A DNA stretch of 55,420 nt from contig JAEUHV010000096.1 in NCBI GenBank assembly GCA_016794485.1, positions 1 through 55,420 on the forward strand, written 5' to 3'. The first letter of the stretch is position 1. The number at the start of each line of letters is the position of its first letter. Both the position numbers and the translations under genes were made by a program. The stretch comes from Planctomycetota bacterium (GTDB lineage Bacteria > Planctomycetota > UBA1135 > UBA2386). The notes under the pieces were generated by a model. That model did no database searches. It was not told the origin of the DNA and saw only the letters and a program-made list of their open reading frames with translations. This document shows positions 35,711 through 45,060 of the stretch, piece after piece.

Positions 35711-37414
35711 ATGCGCATCTCCACCCTGCTCGCCTGCGCCGCCCTCGCCGCAGCGCTCCCCGCCCAGAAGGTCGCCGAAGTCGAACCGAACGACACCGCC
35801 GCAACGGCCATGCCGATCACGGCCGGCACGCAAATCGTCGCCAGCTACGCGACGACCGCGGACGAGGACTGGTTCACGTTCACGCTGGCAGCCCCCGGCC
35901 AGGTGCACCTGCACACGGTGGCGAACGGCACGCTGGCGCTCGGCTTGTCGCGCGACAACCGCATCGCGTTCTACGACGCCACCGGCACGACGCGCCTGGC
36001 GTGGAACGACGGCGCCGTCGGCACGATGGCCGATTGCGGCGTCACGCTGCCGGCCGGCACCTACACCGCCCGAGTCAACCTGAAGAGCGGCACCGCGGTC
36101 GCCTACGACCTCGACTTCTACGTGCTGCCGCCGAACCCGATCGACACGGTGGAAGCCGCGGAGCCGAACGGCGCCACCGGCACGCCGTCGCCGTTCACGC
36201 TCGGCGACACGCTCGAGGGCGAGCTGGTCGCCGCCGTTCCCGCCGACGAGGACTACTGGTCGTTCACGCTGTCCGGCCGCGGCATCGTGCTCGCCGCGAC
36301 CTACGACGACGGTGGCGTGCCGCAGTGCGACAACATGGCGCTGCGGTTCCACTCCGGCGGCCCGGGTGCGTGGACCGCGCTCGGCGCCTCGGATGCGACC
36401 AACTCGGCGAGCCACCGCATCACCACGCTGGCGCACCCGGGCATGCTGCTGGCGGGCACCTACGCGATCGCGGTGAAGGGCGGCACGACCGCTGCCGGCA
36501 CGCCGCCGTGGGACCTGACCAAGCTCGGCAAGTACTCGCTGCGCACGGCCCTGATCGACATGCCGGGAACGGCCGCGGCACCGGAAGCCGCCGAGCCGAA
36601 CAACTCGACGGCGACGCCCGCGGGCACGATCGTGCTCGGCGACGACGTCACCGGGAACTCCACCGGGAGCCTCGACGAGGACTGGTACGCGTTCGCGGTC
36701 GGCGGTCCGACCACGATCGGCGCCATGGCCGAAGGCACGGGTGCTTCGCCGCTCGCCGGCTCCGGACTGAAGCTCTACGACGCGGTCGGCACCCTGGTCG
36801 GTTCGGCGTCGGGCGGCTCGACCACGCACGCGCGGCTCGTCTTCACGATCGAGCGACCGGGCATCTACTACCTGTCGATCAACGGCCCGACCACCCTGGT
36901 CACCGGCGACTACACGCTGCACACCGGCGGCACGACGCCGCTCTACGTCAGCGCGACCACACGCGTCGAACCGGCGTCGACCAACGCCTGCATCGGCAGC
37001 AACGGCCTGCGGCCGCTGCTCGGCACGATGAGCGGCGAGACCGCGACGTTCAACTCGACGTTCGTCACGCGCGTCGAACGCACCTATCCGTCGTCGTTCG
37101 TCGTCGGCATGGTCGGCACGTCGAACACGATCGGCCTCGGCTCGATCCCGCTGCCGTTCCTGATCGGCTACGGCGGCCTCGACTCGCTGAACCAGCCGAC
37201 GCCGTGTTACGTGCGCGTCGATCCGCTGATCATGATCGCGGTACTGACCGATGCCGCCGGCAACGGGGAGTACTGGTACGTCTTCCCGTACACGCCGTCC
37301 GCACTCGGGCTGAAGGTCTACCAGCAGGCGCTGTGTTTCGATCCGCCGATCAACTCGCTCGGGTTGACCGTGTCGAACGACGGCAGCTACGTCCTCGGCG
37401 ACCGCCCGTTCTGA
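35711..37414 (+). CDS. Secreted protein with three tandem PPC-like (pre-peptidase C-terminal) domains plus the shared C-terminal module
   Basis: The ATG at 35711 lies in-frame within track ORF 34496..37414 (MRISTLLACAALAAALPA|Q). The three repeats start EVEPNDTAATA...DEDWFTF, AAEPNGATGTP...DEDYWSF and AAEPNNSTATP...DEDWYAF. Confidence 0.8.
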   Translation: MRISTLLACAALAAALPAQKVAEVEPNDTAATAMPITAGTQIVASYATTADEDWFTFTLAAPGQVHLHTVANGTLALGLSRDNRIAFYDATGTTRLAWNDGAVGTMADCGVTLPAGTYTARVNLKSGTAVAYDLDFYVLPPNPIDTVEAAEPNGATGTPSPFTLGDTLEGELVAAVPADEDYWSFTLSGRGIVLAATYDDGGVPQCDNMALRFHSGGPGAWTALGASDATNSASHRITTLAHPGMLLAGTYAIAVKGGTTAAGTPPWDLTKLGKYSLRTALIDMPGTAAAPEAAEPNNSTATPAGTIVLGDDVTGNSTGSLDEDWYAFAVGGPTTIGAMAEGTGASPLAGSGLKLYDAVGTLVGSASGGSTTHARLVFTIERPGIYYLSINGPTTLVTGDYTLHTGGTTPLYVSATTRVEPASTNACIGSNGLRPLLGTMSGETATFNSTFVTRVERTYPSSFVVGMVGTSNTIGLGSIPLPFLIGYGGLDSLNQPTPCYVRVDPLIMIAVLTDAAGNGEYWYVFPYTPSALGLKVYQQALCFDPPINSLGLTVSNDGSYVLGDRPF

Positions 37415-37499
37415 CGACGAGCGCATCGATCGCCGCGACGAACGCGCTACAAGCAATCTGCCGCGACCTCGTCTCACCCCGCGGCCGATACGGAAACCA

Positions 37500-38051
37500 A
37501 TGGCGATCAAGAACTGGATGTCCTGGGAAGGTGGCGTCGACCTCGTCGCGATGACGAAGCCGGGCCTGTCGATGCCGAACGTGATCCTGCACGTGGCGCG
37601 CATGGTGCACACCCCGATCGGCTCGGCGCCATCGGGCATGGTGTGCTGGCAGCCCGATCCCGCCGGTGCGCCCGCGGTGCTGGGCTTCGTGTCGGCCGAT
37701 GCGAAACTCGCCGCGTGGTTCGGGCCGAACATCTTCGCCGGGACGCCGTTCGAGAAGGCGCCGGCGCTGCAGGCCAAGATCGAGATCACCGTCGGCAACG
37801 ACCGCGTCGGCTCGCGCATCGAAGTCGCCGGCCACGTGTTCGAAGTCGCGATGAGCGGGCTGTCGCCGCTCGAACTCGTGCACCGCGCCGCCGGCAGCCC
37901 GATGCCGTTCGCGCAGCAGGGCCCCGAGTCCAGGGCGGCCAAGGCGGAACTGAAGGTGAACGGCAAGGCGGTCGCGATCACCGTGCCGCCGTTGTCGATG
38001 GGCGGTGGCCCGGGTGCGCTCTGGGCCCCGGCCGGCGTCTACGCTCGCTGA
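37500..38051 (+). CDS. Hypothetical protein
   Basis: The 183-aa product has balanced, coding-like composition and no signal peptide. I recognised no family. Confidence 0.55.
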   Translation: MAIKNWMSWEGGVDLVAMTKPGLSMPNVILHVARMVHTPIGSAPSGMVCWQPDPAGAPAVLGFVSADAKLAAWFGPNIFAGTPFEKAPALQAKIEITVGNDRVGSRIEVAGHVFEVAMSGLSPLELVHRAAGSPMPFAQQGPESRAAKAELKVNGKAVAITVPPLSMGGGPGALWAPAGVYAR

Positions 38052-38054
38052 GCG

Positions 38055-39422
38055 TCACCGCCGCGTGGCGTCGGCCTCGGCGCGTTCCTTCTGCGCCGCG
38101 CGCAGCAGCGGCACCACGTCGATGCCGAGCGCCAGCAGGCCGTCCTGCGCGGCGATGACCTCGAGCACCTGGGTGCGTTGGGCCGCCGGCAACTTCGCCA
38201 GCGCGTCGATGCTCGCGCGCCAGGTTTCGACCGTCTGCAGCCCGCGGCCGACGCGGGTGACGCCCGGGGCCGAGCCCACTCGCCAGGTGAGGATGTCGAC
38301 CAGCCGCTGCCGCTGCGCGTCCGTGCCGGCGATCGCCGCCACGATGTAGTCGGGCACCGACAACACGAGGTCGCGATCGCATTCCCGCTCCACCGGCAGC
38401 AGCAGCAGCCGGAGCCGGACCAGATCGACCGGGTCCTGCTCGATGCGGCGCCGGAAGAACTGGTTGACGTGGTCGTTCGCCAGCAGCTCGCGGTAGTTCG
38501 CGTGCAGGTCCGCCGGGGCGTGGCGGAACACGCCGAACAAGACCTCGAGCGACAGGTCCAGCCACGCCTGGTCGGCCTTGCCCGGCGTCGCCTCGCAGGC
38601 CGACGCGAGAAACCAGCCACACAGCACCCGCGACGTGTCGTCGTCGACGTGCGGCGCCGCCCGCGCGAGGCAACTGCGCACGAACCACGAATAGGCCCCG
38701 TAGCGCGGGTCCTTGGCGTCGGGGGCCGCAGGTCCGGGCGGCGGCACGAGCCGATCGATGAGCCCGCGGTCGCCGGTCCCGACCGCGATCGCGATCAGGC
38801 GCGGCTCGCGCGCGAAGTGGGCCATCGGGCTCCATCCCTGGCGGTAGGGCGGCACCGTCAGCGGTTCGATCCAGTGCAACGTCAGCACGTCCTTCGGCCA
38901 GATCGCCACGGCGCGGTCGACGAGCAGCTTCCGCGTCACCGCCGGCATCGGCCCCTTCGTGCATTTCGCCAGCACGGGCAGCGCCATGCTGACGACGACT
39001 TCGTCCGCGTGGTCGACCAGGGAGAGCAACGGCGGCACCACCCGCTCCGGATGCCCGACGGGATTCACCTCGAGCAACGCGGCCAGGGCCCGGCGGGTGA
39101 AGAACGGCGAGCCCGTCGCCGCCACCGCCGCGACCATGTCGAACCCGACCGCCGTGCTGGCCGCGGCCCGGAAGTGGTCGACCGCGACGCGATCGTCGTC
39201 GGTGAACGCAAACGGGTTCGCAGCGTCCGCATCCACGACCGGCACGGCGATCGCTCGGGAGATGTGCTGGGCGGCGATGCGCCGTTCCGTCGACGCGGCG
39301 TCACCGACACGCACCACGGGCGCCGGCTCCTTCTGGGCGCGGGCGGCGCCGGCCACGACGGCGATCGCGAGCACGGGCAGTCCCCAGCGGCAGGTCGGCA
39401 TGCACGGTTCATAGCAGGTCAT
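38055..39422 (-). CDS. Secreted hypothetical protein
   Basis: The 455-aa product has the signal peptide WGLPVLAIAVVAGAARA|Q. The start may be the internal ATG at 39401 (MPTCRWG...). Confidence 0.6.
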   Translation of the reverse strand: MTCYEPCMPTCRWGLPVLAIAVVAGAARAQKEPAPVVRVGDAASTERRIAAQHISRAIAVPVVDADAANPFAFTDDDRVAVDHFRAAASTAVGFDMVAAVAATGSPFFTRRALAALLEVNPVGHPERVVPPLLSLVDHADEVVVSMALPVLAKCTKGPMPAVTRKLLVDRAVAIWPKDVLTLHWIEPLTVPPYRQGWSPMAHFAREPRLIAIAVGTGDRGLIDRLVPPPGPAAPDAKDPRYGAYSWFVRSCLARAAPHVDDDTSRVLCGWFLASACEATPGKADQAWLDLSLEVLFGVFRHAPADLHANYRELLANDHVNQFFRRRIEQDPVDLVRLRLLLLPVERECDRDLVLSVPDYIVAAIAGTDAQRQRLVDILTWRVGSAPGVTRVGRGLQTVETWRASIDALAKLPAAQRTQVLEVIAAQDGLLALGIDVVPLLRAAQKERAEADATRR

Positions 39423-39532
39423 GGGGCACCGGTTGCGTCAGACGATCGTCGGCGCGGATCGCCTCCGGGTCTTGTCAGGATCTTGCCGGACCGCAGCGTT
39501 GTGGGCGCCGTCGGCGCCGGCACCATGCGCCG

Positions 39533-40393
39533 ATGCACCGACTCGCCTGCCTCGCGGCACTGTTCGCCAGCCTCGCCCCGGCCGTGGCCCAGGGCCGCGT
39601 CGAGCGGTTCTTGCGCTCCGAGTCGAAGAACGGCCCGCTGGTCGTCGCCCATCGTGGCGCCAGCGAAACGGCACCCGAGAACACCCTCGCGGCGCTGCGG
39701 GCCGCGGTCGCCGCCAAGGCGCACGTGGTGGAGTTCGACGTGTACCAGACCAAGGACGGCGCCTGGGTGCTGCTGCACGACGCGACCTGCGACCGCACCA
39801 CCGATGCGGTGGCGAAACTCGGCCACAAGGACGTGCGCGTCGAGCAGCTGACCCTCGCCGAAGTGAAGTCGCTCGACGCCGGAGCCTGGAAGGGCAAGGC
39901 CTTCGTCGGCGAACGCATCCCGACACTGGCGGAAGCTCTCGCCGTGGTGCGGCCGGCGATCGCGATGGTGGAACGCAAGGGTGGCGACCCGAAGGCGCTC
40001 GCGGCCGAGCTGTCGCGGCTCGACGCGAACGATCACGTGCTGGTGCAGGCGTTCGATTGGGAGTGGCTCGCGGCGTTCCACGCCGCCGCCCCGGACGTGC
40101 TGCTCGGCGCGCTCGGCGGCAAGGAGTGCACGCCCGAACGGGTGCAGCAGGCGCTGGCGACCGGCGCGCGGCTCGTGCACTGGGACCACAAGACGCTCGA
40201 CCTCGACGTCGCGGCGAAGGTGCGCGCCGGCGGCAACCTGCTGTGCGTCTACACCGTCGATCCTGACACGCTGCTGCTCGGGGCGGCGGCGCTCGGCTGC
40301 GACCTCATCACGACCAACCGGCCCGAACGGCTCGTCGCGCTGCGCGACCGCGGCGAGCTCGCGCGCGTTCGCCCGCCGGTGAAGGGAAACTAG
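39533..40393 (+). CDS. Glycerophosphodiester phosphodiesterase (GDPD family), secreted
   Basis: The signal peptide is LFASLAPAVA|Q. The GDPD motifs VVAHRGASETAPENTLAA, EFDVYQTKDG, LHDATCDRTT and GERIPTL are present. Confidence 0.9.
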   Translation: MHRLACLAALFASLAPAVAQGRVERFLRSESKNGPLVVAHRGASETAPENTLAALRAAVAAKAHVVEFDVYQTKDGAWVLLHDATCDRTTDAVAKLGHKDVRVEQLTLAEVKSLDAGAWKGKAFVGERIPTLAEALAVVRPAIAMVERKGGDPKALAAELSRLDANDHVLVQAFDWEWLAAFHAAAPDVLLGALGGKECTPERVQQALATGARLVHWDHKTLDLDVAAKVRAGGNLLCVYTVDPDTLLLGAAALGCDLITTNRPERLVALRDRGELARVRPPVKGN

Positions 40394-40704
40394 CGCTCGA
40401 CTTCCAGCTCGAGCAGCGCGAGCCCGTGCGTCTTGCCCTGCGCGTCGGTCTTCAGGCTCTCGCTGCCACCGCCGCCGAGCGAATCGCGCAGCAGGAAGTT
40501 GAGTGCGAACATGTTCGGCGCCTCGTAGCGCGTCACCTCGCCCTTGCAGATCGCGTGGAAGTGCCGCTTCACGCGTTCGACGGTGAGCTGCGCCTTGATC
40601 AGTTCGTAGTCCTTGGCGTTGGTGACGAACACGCCGACGTTGCTGCCGTCGCCCTTGTCGCCGCTGCGCGCGAACGCGAACGAACCGAGTTTGACCTTCG
40701 CCAT
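40390..40704 (-). CDS. Small AtuA-associated protein (DUF4387-like partner of DUF1446)
   Basis: The gene lies in-frame at the 3' end of track ORF 40390..42954. The product reads MAKVKLGSFAFARSGDKGDGSNVGVF...GGGGSESL. Its start overlaps the stop of the DUF1446 gene (TGATG). Confidence 0.75.
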   Translation of the reverse strand: MAKVKLGSFAFARSGDKGDGSNVGVFVTNAKDYELIKAQLTVERVKRHFHAICKGEVTRYEAPNMFALNFLLRDSLGGGGSESLKTDAQGKTHGLALLELEVER

Positions 40705-42065
40705 CACGACACCTCCACGCGAACCTTGGTCTGCACCGTCGTCTTGTCGAGCAGCGCCGGCCAGTAGCCGACGATGTCGGTCGCCTTCGGGCGACCACCC
40801 GCGAACCCGGTGACGCCGGGCGGGCCGCTCGTGACGAGCGGCACGATCTCCATGCCGAAGCGATCGACCTTGTCCTCGTCGTCGCACTTCACGCCGAGGC
40901 GCAGCACGACTTCGGGCGGGTTCGCCGATTCGCTGATGCCGGCGTGGCAGACGCCGGCACCGACGATCTCGACCAGCTTCTGGTGCTCTTCGAACGTGCA
41001 GCCGTCGAGGGCGAGGCGCCCCCAGACGATGTCGGCGCACAACTTCGCCTTCGCCACCGCGTCCGGGCCGCTGACGGTGAGCTGGCCGGTCGTCTTGAAG
41101 CCGTTCAGGTAGCTGAGCGAGACCTTGTAGGTCGGGGTCGCCGGGCCGCCCTTGATGCCGGACAGGCGCACGCGGTCCTTGCCGACTTCCTCGATCTTCG
41201 CCGAGGTGAAGTCCGCCGTGCAGTCGGGACCGAGGTAACGCTTGGGATCGCCCATCTCGTAGAGCAGCTGGCTCACCACCGTGTTGCGGTTGATCAGGCC
41301 GCCGGTGCCGTCGTGCTTGGTGACGACGAACGACCCGTCGGGCGAGGCTTCGATGATCGGGTAGCCGATGCGCACGAAGTCCTGCACTTCGCGCCAGCCG
41401 GTGTAGTTGCCGCCGGTGCACTGGGCGCCGCACTCGGCGATGTGGCCCGCCATCGTGCCGGCCGCGAGCTTGTCCCATTCGCCGGCCTTCCAGCCGAACT
41501 CGTGGATCATCGGGCCGGCGACCAGTGCTGGGTCGGTGAGGCGCCCGCCGATCACGATCTGCGCACCGGCGGCGAGGCACTCGGCAACCGCGAACGCGCC
41601 GATGTAGACGTTGGCGCTCAGCAGCTTGCCCTGCACGGCAGCGAGGGCACGGCCGTCGTCCATGTTCTTCAGGTCGTGGCCCTTGGCGAGCAGATCGGGA
41701 ACGCGCGCGAGGATGTCGTCGCCCTCGATGATGCCGACCTTGAGGCCCTTGATGCCCTTCTTGCGCGCGAGGTCGAGCACGGCGTCGAGGCAGGCCTGCG
41801 GATTCACGCCGCCGGCGTTGGCGACCACCTTGATGCCCTTCTTCGCGATGTCGGGCAGCGTGCGGTCGAGCATCGCGACGAAGTCGGTGGCGTAGCCGGC
41901 CTTCGGGTTCCGCCCCTTGAGCTTCTGCATGATGCTCATGGTGACCTCCGCGAGGTAGTCGAGGGCGAGGTAGTCGAGCGGGCCTTCGCGTACCAGACGA
42001 ACCGGGCCGAGGATGGAGTCGCCCCAGAAGCCCTGGCCGTAACCGATGAGAACCTTGTCGCGCAT
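40704..42065 (-). CDS. Acyclic terpene utilisation AtuA-family protein (DUF1446)
   Basis: I trimmed the ORF to the ATG at 42065. The product reads MRDKVLIGYGQGFWGDS...LDYLALDYLAEVTMSI...ANAGGVNP...GRLTD...HIAECGAQCTGGN...LLYEMGDP. Confidence 0.8.
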   Translation of the reverse strand: MRDKVLIGYGQGFWGDSILGPVRLVREGPLDYLALDYLAEVTMSIMQKLKGRNPKAGYATDFVAMLDRTLPDIAKKGIKVVANAGGVNPQACLDAVLDLARKKGIKGLKVGIIEGDDILARVPDLLAKGHDLKNMDDGRALAAVQGKLLSANVYIGAFAVAECLAAGAQIVIGGRLTDPALVAGPMIHEFGWKAGEWDKLAAGTMAGHIAECGAQCTGGNYTGWREVQDFVRIGYPIIEASPDGSFVVTKHDGTGGLINRNTVVSQLLYEMGDPKRYLGPDCTADFTSAKIEEVGKDRVRLSGIKGGPATPTYKVSLSYLNGFKTTGQLTVSGPDAVAKAKLCADIVWGRLALDGCTFEEHQKLVEIVGAGVCHAGISESANPPEVVLRLGVKCDDEDKVDRFGMEIVPLVTSGPPGVTGFAGGRPKATDIVGYWPALLDKTTVQTKVRVEVS

Positions 42066-42249
42066 GGTGAAGGGCGAACAGGATAGCGGGGCATCGCCCC
42101 AGGCCCGAGTGGCTTCCCGTCGGACCGTCGCACGGCGCTCCACGGGACCAGGTACGGCGCTGACCCTTGGCTTTCCGCCGACTTCGTGCGGAAATCCAAG
42201 GCAATTCCCGGCACGCAAGCGCCGAAATCCAACCCAATCCGTGTCTGCC

Positions 42250-42960
42250 ATGCGCGCACCACTCTCCGCGTTCCTGTTCGCGTTGGCCTTGCCGATGGCG
42301 GCACCTGCGCAAGCCAAGAGCACCGACACCGCCGGCCCGGCGCAGCGCATCTGGGCATCGATGATGCTGGAGCAGCAGGAGTGCTGGTTCCGGCGCACGG
42401 TCGAACTGCCGAAGGCGGCGACGCGGCTGCGGCTGTGGTTCACCTGCGACAACGAGTGCACGGTGTTCGTCGACGGCGTCGAGGTCGGCAGCAACGACGA
42501 CTGGACGAAGCTCGGCAACGCGCAGCTCGACGGCGAATGGAAGGGCAAGGTGACGATCGCGGTGCACGCGAAGAACACCGGCGGCCCAGGTGCCTTGTCG
42601 CTGTGGCTGTTGTGGGACGACGTCGACGGCGCGCACGAGATGGCCACCGACACCGACTGGCGCGTCACCGCGGTCGCGGAGACCGGCTGGAACACACCGG
42701 GCCACGACGACGCGAAGTGGGAACAGGCGACCGCGAACTTCGACACGACGTTCGGCAAGAACCTCTACAACGGCGAACCGACCGGCGTGCGCGTGTTCAA
42801 CGCGTTGACGAAGCTCGCCGATCCGATCGCGACAGCGCTCGAGCAGCTGCGTCAGGCGCCCGACCGCGCCGCGGCCTTGAAGGCACTCGAGGCGATCGAC
42901 CGCGCGGTGGTCGAGGCGCGCGGCAAGCTGTGGCAGAAGCGAGCCGCGGACCAACGCTGA
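42250..42960 (+). CDS. Secreted protein with a galactose-binding-like (rhamnosidase-N-like) domain
   Basis: The ATG is at 42250 (MRAPLSAFLFALALPMAAPA|Q). The motif CWFRRTVELPKAATRLRLWFTCDNECTVFVDGVEVG is characteristic of such beta-sandwich modules. Confidence 0.6.
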   Translation: MRAPLSAFLFALALPMAAPAQAKSTDTAGPAQRIWASMMLEQQECWFRRTVELPKAATRLRLWFTCDNECTVFVDGVEVGSNDDWTKLGNAQLDGEWKGKVTIAVHAKNTGGPGALSLWLLWDDVDGAHEMATDTDWRVTAVAETGWNTPGHDDAKWEQATANFDTTFGKNLYNGEPTGVRVFNALTKLADPIATALEQLRQAPDRAAALKALEAIDRAVVEARGKLWQKRAADQR

Positions 42961-42964
42961 TACG

Positions 42965-43897
42965 TCACAGCACGAAGCGGTGCGCGTTCGTCGTCACGTA
43001 GAGGCCATTGCGCGCGGTCGACACCAGCGCCCCGCCTTGCACGACGAGCGTGACGCCAGAGAGCCCGGCCGGGGCCGCCATCGACCAGGTCGCGCTCCAG
43101 GCGGCAGTGCTGGGCAAGAGGCCGGCCTGCAGAACGAACAGGTTCGGCGTCCAGAGGTTCGGCAGCAGCTCGAACGGCAGGTTGCCGGAGGTCACCGTGT
43201 CGCCGAGGAACACATAGAGCGAACCGTCGGCGAACCCCACCGGGTAGCGCAACTCGGCGATCATCGCCGCACCCGCGGTCGTCGCGTGCAGTTCGGGGAA
43301 CGCGGTCGGCGTGCTCGCGACGGCCGTGCGCAGCTCGACGTGTTCGCCGGTTCCGGGCAACGGCGACGTCGGCAGCAGCGTGACCACCGCGGCGAAGTCG
43401 CCGTTCGGGTCGACGTTGTCGTTGTAGAGCGAGTCGTGTACGCCGAGGAACAGGAAGGTCGCACCCGCCGGCACCCGGACCATCAGGCTCTCGTCCCACA
43501 GGTTGCGGCTGCAGAAGAAGTCCTGCGGGATGTCCATCGGCAGGTTGCCGACATAGGTGCCGCCGCTCGCAAAGGCTGGCCCCGCCGCGATCGCGGCCGG
43601 CACGCGCGCCTGCACGTTCGACGGCAGCAGCGTGTTGCTGCCGCTGAACACGCCGACGAGGTTGTAGTAGTTGTCCGGCCCGCCATTGATGTGGCGGAAC
43701 GCACCGGTCGTCCCGACCCGCAGGCACGAGCCCGGCGTGATCCCCATGGCGCCGAGGTCGAGCACCAACGGTGACGTGGCGGTGTCGCCATTGGTGCGCA
43801 GGAACGTGGCGCGCGGGTCCAGCGGCAGGGTCCAGGTCTGCGCCACAGCGACGGCGGACAGCAGGGCGGGGGCGAACACACGGACCAGATTGCTCAT
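42965..43897 (-). CDS. Secreted hypothetical protein carrying the shared C-terminal module
   Basis: The 310-aa product has the signal peptide MSNLVRVFAPALLSAVAVA|Q. The terminal strands ...APAGLSGVTLVVQGGALVSTARNGLYVTTNAHRFVL match the family pattern. Confidence 0.7.
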   Translation of the reverse strand: MSNLVRVFAPALLSAVAVAQTWTLPLDPRATFLRTNGDTATSPLVLDLGAMGITPGSCLRVGTTGAFRHINGGPDNYYNLVGVFSGSNTLLPSNVQARVPAAIAAGPAFASGGTYVGNLPMDIPQDFFCSRNLWDESLMVRVPAGATFLFLGVHDSLYNDNVDPNGDFAAVVTLLPTSPLPGTGEHVELRTAVASTPTAFPELHATTAGAAMIAELRYPVGFADGSLYVFLGDTVTSGNLPFELLPNLWTPNLFVLQAGLLPSTAAWSATWSMAAPAGLSGVTLVVQGGALVSTARNGLYVTTNAHRFVL

Positions 43898-43957
43898 GCC
43901 GGTTGAATCGCCGCGGAACGCCGCGCGTGACGCGGAACCGGCGATTTCCTGCCCGGA

Positions 43958-44974
43958 TCACCCGCCGCCGAACAGCGAGCCCTGCTGGAACGGCCGGCGG
44001 AACGGCGTCGGCCCCGGGTGCTCCGGCGGCGAAAGTCCGAGCCGCTTGGCGACCGTGAGGAACAGCCGCGCCACCACGTCCCAGCGTGGCCCCTCGCCAC
44101 GCATGCGGTGGTGGAAGCGCGCGTCCTTCAGGTTGCCATCGTGCATGGAGCGCAGCAGCGACAGCACCTTGTCGGCGCGCAGCGGAAACGCCGCCTGCAA
44201 CCGTTCGGCGAACACGTGCTCGACCTCGGCCGGCAACCGCAACAGCGTGTGGAACGCGTGCCGGGCGCCGGCCGCGCGCGCGCGTTCGAGGATTTCGGGC
44301 ACCTGGTGGTCGTTGAGTCCGGGGATCAGAGGCGACACCGACACACCGACCGGCACACCGGCGGCGGCGAGCGCCTGCATCGCGGCGAAGCGGCGTTCGG
44401 GCAGCGCCACGAACGGTTCGATCGCGCGCGAGTCGGCGGCGTCGGCGAACGGCACGCTGACGAACACCGACGCGGCGCCGTGGCGCGCGAGGTCGGCGAG
44501 CACGTCGACGTCGCGTTCGACGAGGGCACCCTTGGTGATGATGCCGACCGGCTGGCGGAACTCGCGGCACACTTCGAGGCAACGCCGCGTCAGCCGGTAG
44601 CTCGCTTCGATCGGCTGGTAGCAGTCGGTGACGCCGCTGAACGCGATCAGCTCGCCGTTCCAGCCAGGACGCGACAACTGCGCGCGCAGCAGTTCGCTTG
44701 CATTGCGTTTGACCACGAGGCGCCGCTCCCAGTCGGTGCCCGCGCCATAGCCGAGGTACTGGTGCGTCGGCCGCGCATAGCAATACGCGCAACCGTGGAA
44801 GCAGCCGCGGTACGGGTTGAGCGACCAACGGAACGGCAGGTCGGGGCTGTCGTTCTCCGACAGGATCGACTTCGCGTCCTCCTCGAAGATCTGCACGCCG
44901 TCCCGTGGCGCTTCGCCGAGCCACTCGACGTGGCTCGACGCCCAGGGATTCGGCGGGTTGGCGACGGGACGCAC
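43958..44974 (-). CDS. Radical SAM protein (PA0069/SplB-like family)
   Basis: NPYRGCFHGCAYCYARP carries the CxxxCxxC cluster. The 338-aa length and N-terminal NPPNPW... region are typical of this family. Confidence 0.85.
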   Translation of the reverse strand: MRPVANPPNPWASSHVEWLGEAPRDGVQIFEEDAKSILSENDSPDLPFRWSLNPYRGCFHGCAYCYARPTHQYLGYGAGTDWERRLVVKRNASELLRAQLSRPGWNGELIAFSGVTDCYQPIEASYRLTRRCLEVCREFRQPVGIITKGALVERDVDVLADLARHGAASVFVSVPFADAADSRAIEPFVALPERRFAAMQALAAAGVPVGVSVSPLIPGLNDHQVPEILERARAAGARHAFHTLLRLPAEVEHVFAERLQAAFPLRADKVLSLLRSMHDGNLKDARFHHRMRGEGPRWDVVARLFLTVAKRLGLSPPEHPGPTPFRRPFQQGSLFGGG

Positions 44975-45060
44975 CCGCGCATGCTACGGCGACGGTGCCT
45001 GCGGCCCATTGCGCGATCGCTCCGCGCAGTCGACCATCCTGCCCTTCCACCAACTGCCCC

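Noticed and set aside
35699-37981. 760-aa minus-strand ORF
   Set aside because: It is antisense to the triple-PPC gene, whose repeats and signal peptide are convincing. The minus-strand product is a low-complexity R/G/D/A sequence.
40390-40393. Overlapping or abutting stop codons of convergent genes (CTAG at 40390..40393, TGA/TCA at 25406..25411, and a 14-nt overlap at 53652..53665)
   Set aside because: This reflects the compact gene packing typical of the window. There is no evidence of regulatory significance.
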